DNA of 14,501 bases from Octopus sinensis (lineage: Eukaryota). The stretch covers positions 1-14,501 of the forward strand of contig NW_021825737.1 in assembly GCF_006345805.1 (NCBI RefSeq). The letters are read 5' to 3'. The notes under the pieces are model-generated. The model saw nothing but the letters and a program-made list of their open reading frames with translations. It made no database searches and was not told the DNA's origin. Position numbers and translations under genes: made by a program. This document shows positions 9,926 through 14,501 of the stretch, piece by piece; position 1 is the stretch's first letter; each line of letters begins with the position of its first letter.

Positions 9926-9962
<37 letters not shown>

Positions 9963-9966
<4 letters not shown>

Positions 9967-10205
9967 ACTTGTTTCAGTCATTGACTGCGGCCATGCTGGA
10001 GCACCGCCTTTAGTCGAGCAAATCGGACCCCGAACTTATTCTTTGTAAGCCCAGTACTTATTCTATCGGTCTCTTTTGCCGAACCGCTAAGTGACGGGGA
10101 CGTAAACTCACCAGCATCGGTTGTCAAACAATGCTAGGGGGACAAACACAGACACACAAACACACACACGCACACACACACACACACACACACATACACA
10201 CACAA

Positions 10206-10236
<31 letters not shown>

Positions 10237-10399
10237 CGACAGGCTTCTTTCTGTTTCCGTCTACCAAATCCACTCACAAGTCATTGGTCGGCCTGGGGCT
10301 ATAGCAAAAGGCACTTGCCCAAGATGCCACGCAGTGGGACTGAACCCGGAACCATGTGGTTGGTAAGCAAGCTACTTACCACACAGCCACTCCTACGCC
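9963..10399 (-). mobile_element. Full-length tRNA-derived SINE, family 1 (CORE-like, internal microsatellite)
   Basis: Minus strand: GGCGTAGGAG-TGGCTGTGTGG (A box)...GGTTCAGTCCC (B-box-like), then CTTGGGCAAGTG resembling the MIR/CORE motif CCTTGGGCAAGT, internal (TA)/(GT) tract at ~10145-10235, and 3' end CAGTCAATGACTGAAACAAGTAAAA. Highly similar to 10901-11296. Confidence 0.92.
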
Positions 10400-10625
10400 T
10401 ATATATATATATATATATACACACAAACAGACACATACATATATGTGTGTGTGTGTGTGTATCTATGTGTATATATAAATACAATTGGAATCGAACTCAT
10501 AACGTTCTCAATATCGGAACAATTTTTGCGAATGTTTCCTTTAAATTCATGTACGATTCTATTACCTTAGCTTAATGTTTGTTTCGAAATTTGGAATATG
10601 GTCAGCTGTTCTAAGGAATGAATAA

Positions 10626-10806
10626 TTCGATTACATCGACCCCCCCTCCCCCCAGTGTACAACTGTTATTTATCTTATCGACCACGAAAGGATGACAGGC
10701 TATGTCGACCTCGGCAGAATTTCATCTTAGAAAGAACGTAACGACGGACGAAACGTTGCTAAGCATTTCGTCCGCTGTGCTAACGATTCGCCCAGCTTGC
10801 CGCCTT
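10626..10806 (-). mobile_element. tRNA-derived SINE with Deu/Nin conserved central domain
   Basis: Minus strand starts AAGGCGGCAAGCTGGGCGAATCGTTAGCAC and contains GCCGAGGTCGACATAGCCTGTCATCCTTTCGTGGTCGATAAGATAAATAACAG. This resembles the Deu/Nin core as recalled from AmnSINE1/DeuSINEs (GTCGACTCAGCCTTCCATCCTTCCGAGGTCG.TAAAATGAGTAC). Confidence 0.75.
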
Positions 10807-10900
10807 ATTTCAACTTCATACTGAGTTTTTTGTTAAATGTATTGAAAACAACGAACCGATCTCCACGTAAATCAGAAAACCATTCTCTTTCTCTTTTCTC

Positions 10901-11296
10901 TTTTACTTGTTTCAGTCATGCGGCCATGCTGGAGCACCGCCTTTTTAGTCGAGCAAATCGACCCCAGGACTTATTCTTTGTAAGCCCAGTACTTATCCTA
11001 TCGGTCTCTTTTGCCGAACCGCTAAGAAACGGGGATGTAAACACACCAGCATCGGTTGTCAAGCGATGTTGGGGAGACAAACACAGACACACAAACACAC
11101 ACACACACATATATATACATATATATATATATACGACGGGCTTCTTTCAGTTTCCGTCGACCAAATCCACTCACAAGGCTTTGGTCGGCCCGAGGCTATA
11201 GTAGAAGACACTTGCCCAAGGTGCCACGCAGTGGGACTGAACCCGGAACTGTGTGATTGGTAAGCAAGCTACTTACCACACAGCCACTCCTGCGCC
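10901..11296 (-). mobile_element. Full-length tRNA-derived SINE, family 1
   Basis: Near-colinear with 9963-10399; has A and B boxes, CCTTGGGCAAGTG, a shorter internal microsatellite and an AG-rich 3' tail extending to ~10885. Confidence 0.92.
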
Positions 11297-11395
11297 TATA
11301 TACTGCGCCATTGCATATATACTTTGAACTTTTGCACAGTTTTATTTATCGAATTCTATTCTTAAGGACCCGGTTAAACCAATTCGCAGAATGTG

Positions 11396-11465
11396 TGATG
11401 CGGTGGGATCAAGTTCGAAACGTCGTGGTTTAAAATCAAATTTCTTGGCCTCACAAAGCCTGCAT
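11396..11465 (-). mobile_element. Possible highly decayed family-1 SINE head
   Basis: GCGGTGGGATCAAGTTCGAAACGTCGTGGTTT...CACAAAGCC loosely parallels GCAGTGGGACTGAACCCGGAACCATGTGGTT...CACACAGCC. Confidence 0.35.
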
Positions 11466-11920
11466 CTTGTCTCTTTTGTCTATTTATTTGTCGCTATTGC
11501 TTTATGAGTGTCCTACGCTTATTTGCAGCTGGTACATCTGTTAAATATATATGTTAATATCAGTTTCAACGGTTTGTGTAAATCTTAATTCCAAAAAGCC
11601 AAAAAGAAAAACAAGAAGAAATGAACGCAAACAACAAAGCAATTTTTCTTAGAATTGACATCATCTGATAAGAAAATCGAAGACAGACATTTCAAGAATC
11701 ATTGTTATCGATAATCCAAACAGTTGACGTAGTAAGAGCAAGTTGGTTTGCCGCGAGAAAGAGGAGAGGGCTGGCGTTTTAAGCTGGGTGAGGAGTCCTT
11801 CATTAGTTTTCTCAGACTGTGTTATTTCATTTCAGTGTTTGAGGTCAGAGGTTCCTGATTAATTAGTCTTAGGATAATTCTGAAAAATGAATCGAAGGCG
11901 AGCTTTGTTTACTTAGGAAA

Positions 11921-12306
11921 TCTCTCTCTATATAAACGGCAGTTTGTCTGTATGTGTTTCTGTGTGTCTGTTTGGTTGTACCCTCACCCTGACCACGGCT
12001 TTCAACCGATTCTGATGAAACTTGACACACACATAGCCCAATGTCATAATTCAAAACTAACGCAGCGAAAATTTTGAAAAGTTCCCCCAGTTCTGAAAAA
12101 AATCGATAAATTCGACATGGGGTCGAGAATCAGAAACACAAACCACAGACTATCTAGGGGACGCAACTCGACCTTTTTTAACTCAAAAAAAATTTACCAT
12201 AATTTTTTTTTTTCCATTTTTTTGCTATTTTTTGGCTATAACTCTCTGAAAATGCTTTATAGTTATTTCCCTTACAAACCTGAGCAACGCCGGGCGATAC
12301 TGCTAG
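11921..12306 (+). mobile_element. Non-autonomous Helitron-like element (second subfamily)
   Basis: A|TC start (TCTCTCTCTATATAAAC), TCTGT-type simple repeats, CCGATTCTGATGAAACTT motif, 3' hairpin CCTG-AGCAACGC-CGGG and CTAG|T end at 12303-12307. Confidence 0.82.
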
Positions 12307-12670
12307 TATTTGATAAAATGAAAAATAGTTATGAAACTAGAGTCTAAGCCGGTCAGTTTGGTCGTCATGTATCTGCACGTGTATGCGAAGGCCGAGACGG
12401 GACTTGGGCATTTTTTAATTATCTTTCTTCTTATTGCTCGCAACTGTCTTCTTTCCACGCACCGATGTTTTGTTTTTTTCCAACTTGACTAAACATCAGT
12501 GATGGAGAGAGAGGTAGATTGTAACGCCTACGATTACACTACTGCCAAGCTGTATCTGTCGACTTGTACCGACATAGTTTCGCACAACAAAAACATAGTA
12601 ATGAAACATAGTAAATAACTCAGTCCGGCGCCTTTTAGATTCTCTAGCTAATTGCACTTTGTATAAATAT

Positions 12671-12981
12671 ATCACCGTGATCACCGTGACCGACCAGACT
12701 ATCAGATGTTGCTACACATCGCTGGTCACAATGCGCTTTGCATTGTTTTAGCCTTCAAATGACGCCACCCAGCTGGCTAAGCGAGCAGGCCAACAGAGAA
12801 AAGAGTGATAGAAAGTTGTGGTGAAAGAGTACAGCAGGGATCACCACCATCCCCTGCCGGAGACTCGTGGAGCTTTTAGGGGTTTTCGCTCAATAGACAC
12901 TCACAATGCCCGGTCTGGGAATCGAAACCGCGATCCTACGACCGCGAGTCCGCTGCCCTAACCACTGGGCCATTGCGCCTC
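12671..12981 (-). mobile_element. Full-length tRNA-derived SINE, family 2 with tail variant B
   Basis: Intact A box (TGGCCCAGTGG) and B-box-like GTTTCGATTCC on the minus strand; colinear with 3403-3703; ends in (CACGGTGAT)2. Confidence 0.9.
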
Positions 12982-13084
12982 TACGTATGAATATATACTA
13001 AACACCAACTGCAGAGGATTGACAAATTTATAAGACCATCAGACAATTTACAAGTTAAAACGTACCGTTCCGGATCTTAAGTGG

Positions 13085-13237
13085 AGGACTGATTGTCCGG
13101 TAAGAAGTTTGCTTTCCAGCCATATGGCTCTCGGTTCAGTCCTGTCGCGTGACATCATGAGCAAGGGTCTTTTCTTATAGCCAAAGCCTTGTGACTGGGT
13201 CTGGCAGATGGAAACTGAAAGACGTCACTTGTATATA
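13085..13237 (+). mobile_element. Diverged 5' half of a family-1 SINE
   Basis: GGTAAGAAGTTTGCTTTCCAGCCATATGG...GGTTCAGTCC...GAGCAAGGGTCTT...CAAAGCCTTGTGA...GGAAACTGAAAG matches the family-1 head and stops where the internal TA tract starts. Confidence 0.75.
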
Positions 13238-13476
13238 CAGAGGCTGGACAAAAAAATGGAAACACCTTAAAATTTCAAACAAATCTATTTTAAAATGGGG
13301 TAGGTTCGCCTTTGGCAGTAATTACAGTTTGAATTCTACGAGGTATGGACTCATACAAAGTTTAAATTGTTCCCAAAGGAATTTTCTCCATTCTTCGGCT
13401 AAAACAGTCTCCAGTACTTGTAGTGAAGATGGTGGAGGATATCGACTCCATATTTGTTTTTCTAAAATCGTACCCC
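13238..13476 (-). mobile_element. Tc1/mariner DNA transposon remnant (3' TIR plus transposase C-terminus)
   Basis: TA|CAGAGGCTGGACAAAAAAATGGAAACACCT is a Tc1-style terminal sequence after a TA target. The partner TIR is not found in the window. Confidence 0.85.
13290..13476 (-). pseudogene. Decayed Tc1-family transposase C-terminal fragment
   Basis: Manual translation: GTILEKQIWSRYPPPSSLQVLETVLAEEW/(frameshift at ~13386)KIPLGTI*TLYESIPRRIQTVITAKGEPTPF*. This matches the Tc1 C-terminal pattern (..W..IP......L..SMPRR...VI.AKG..T.Y). One frameshift and one internal stop. Confidence 0.85.
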
Positions 13477-13674
13477 TTCTTGTTGGCTCCAACATTTTCT
13501 ATTATCTATTTACACAAGACAGATGTCCAAACACAAATATGGCAGTACATATAATGCCCCTACTGGACAGCACAGGGTAAATCTGAAGGTGGACAAGCTT
13601 TATACTGTACTCTACAACGATATAAACAGAATATATATATATATATACATATCCATATATAAGTATGCAAACAT

Positions 13675-13777
<103 letters not shown>

Positions 13778-14501
13778 CATACATACATCATACATACATA
13801 CATAGAAAGACAGATATAAATATAGATATAAATATACCTACATATGTATATGTATATATATAAACACATATGTATGTGTGTGCGTGTGTGACAAACAGAG
13901 ACACACACTGACAGACAGTCAAACAGATAAATGTACAGAGAGACATATAGAAAAAGCGAGACAGGGATATATATTTCGATATACAAACATATATATTTCG
14001 GAGACAAACAGACAAGTAGTCCAAAGAAGTTCCTTTCGATCCAAATATTTTTCACCTATGATCGCCTTGATCAAATCTAACAATTTCCTATTTCCTTTTT
14101 TCTCTTTAACATCAACAATATTTCTTTTAACATTTTCTGAATTATATATCTACTTATTCATCTACTTATATAGATATATATATATATATATATATAATAT
14201 ATATATAATATAAACCTTTCTTTTATGCATGTTTTCCGCCATATTTTCTCTCTTCAAATGCGTCTATAGTTTGCCAATGTATTGTTATTTATATATATAT
14301 ATATACGCTTCTGTAATTTTACTGCGATATTCAGATTTTCTTCTCTCTAATAACTGTGAAATTTTCCTGTTGGCTTTCGGGCGCTAAAACTAATTTATTT
14401 CTTCCAGAACGATAGATATATTATACATGGGAATATTAAGACTGTGTTTCGTTTCGTTCTGTGTCGCCGTCCATTTTGCATTTTTCTCTTTTGTTTTTCG
14501 T

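Larger units (their letters stand above)
6574..9926 (+). mobile_element. Right arm of the same array, inverted relative to the left arm, 7 units plus 56 bp, ribozyme sense on plus strand
   Basis: TACC(C)GATA register recurs at 6574, 7039, 7508, 7982, 8457, 8928, 9400 and 9871. It is the reverse complement of the left-arm unit and ends at GTTAAACT followed by (TA)n. Confidence 0.85.

Noticed and set aside
5147-9926. CRISPR array, rDNA/5S, or mitochondrial insertion
   Set aside because: Units are fully identical with no unique spacers, and I see no recognisable rRNA, tRNA or mitochondrial gene motifs.
10320-10399. SINE heads as functional tRNA genes (also 12910-12981)
   Set aside because: A and B boxes are present but there is no complete cloverleaf or acceptor stem, and they continue directly into SINE bodies.
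10121-11263. Cluster of 61-134 aa ORFs
   Set aside because: They lie within SINE copies and their internal microsatellites; the same peptides recur in each copy.
12013-12025. CTGATGAAAC as another hammerhead core
   Set aside because: No room for stem II and no stem I or III pairing; it is part of a common Helitron-associated motif.

Overview
AT-rich, microsatellite-dense, non-coding eukaryotic DNA. The SINE families suggest a coleoid cephalopod, most likely Octopus; this is inference from recalled repeat families, not a database hit. No host protein-coding gene is supportable, and nearly all ORFs in the track are translations of simple repeats or SINEs. The window holds several tRNA-derived SINE families (CORE-like, two tail variants sharing one head, and a Deu/Nin-domain SINE), two non-autonomous Helitron-like elements and a decayed Tc1 transposase 3' end. 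The main feature is a 4.8-kb array (5147-9926) of about 10 near-identical ~477-bp units, and every unit carries a type I hammerhead ribozyme motif with a palindromic stem III. The array has two arms pointing away from a junction at ~6575 (3 units on the minus strand, 7 on the plus strand) and sits in (TA)n DNA. This fits a non-LTR retrozyme: a ribozyme-processed circular RNA copied by rolling-circle reverse transcription and inserted with a twin-priming-like 5' inversion. Ribozyme activity, RNA expression and assembly correctness are untested.
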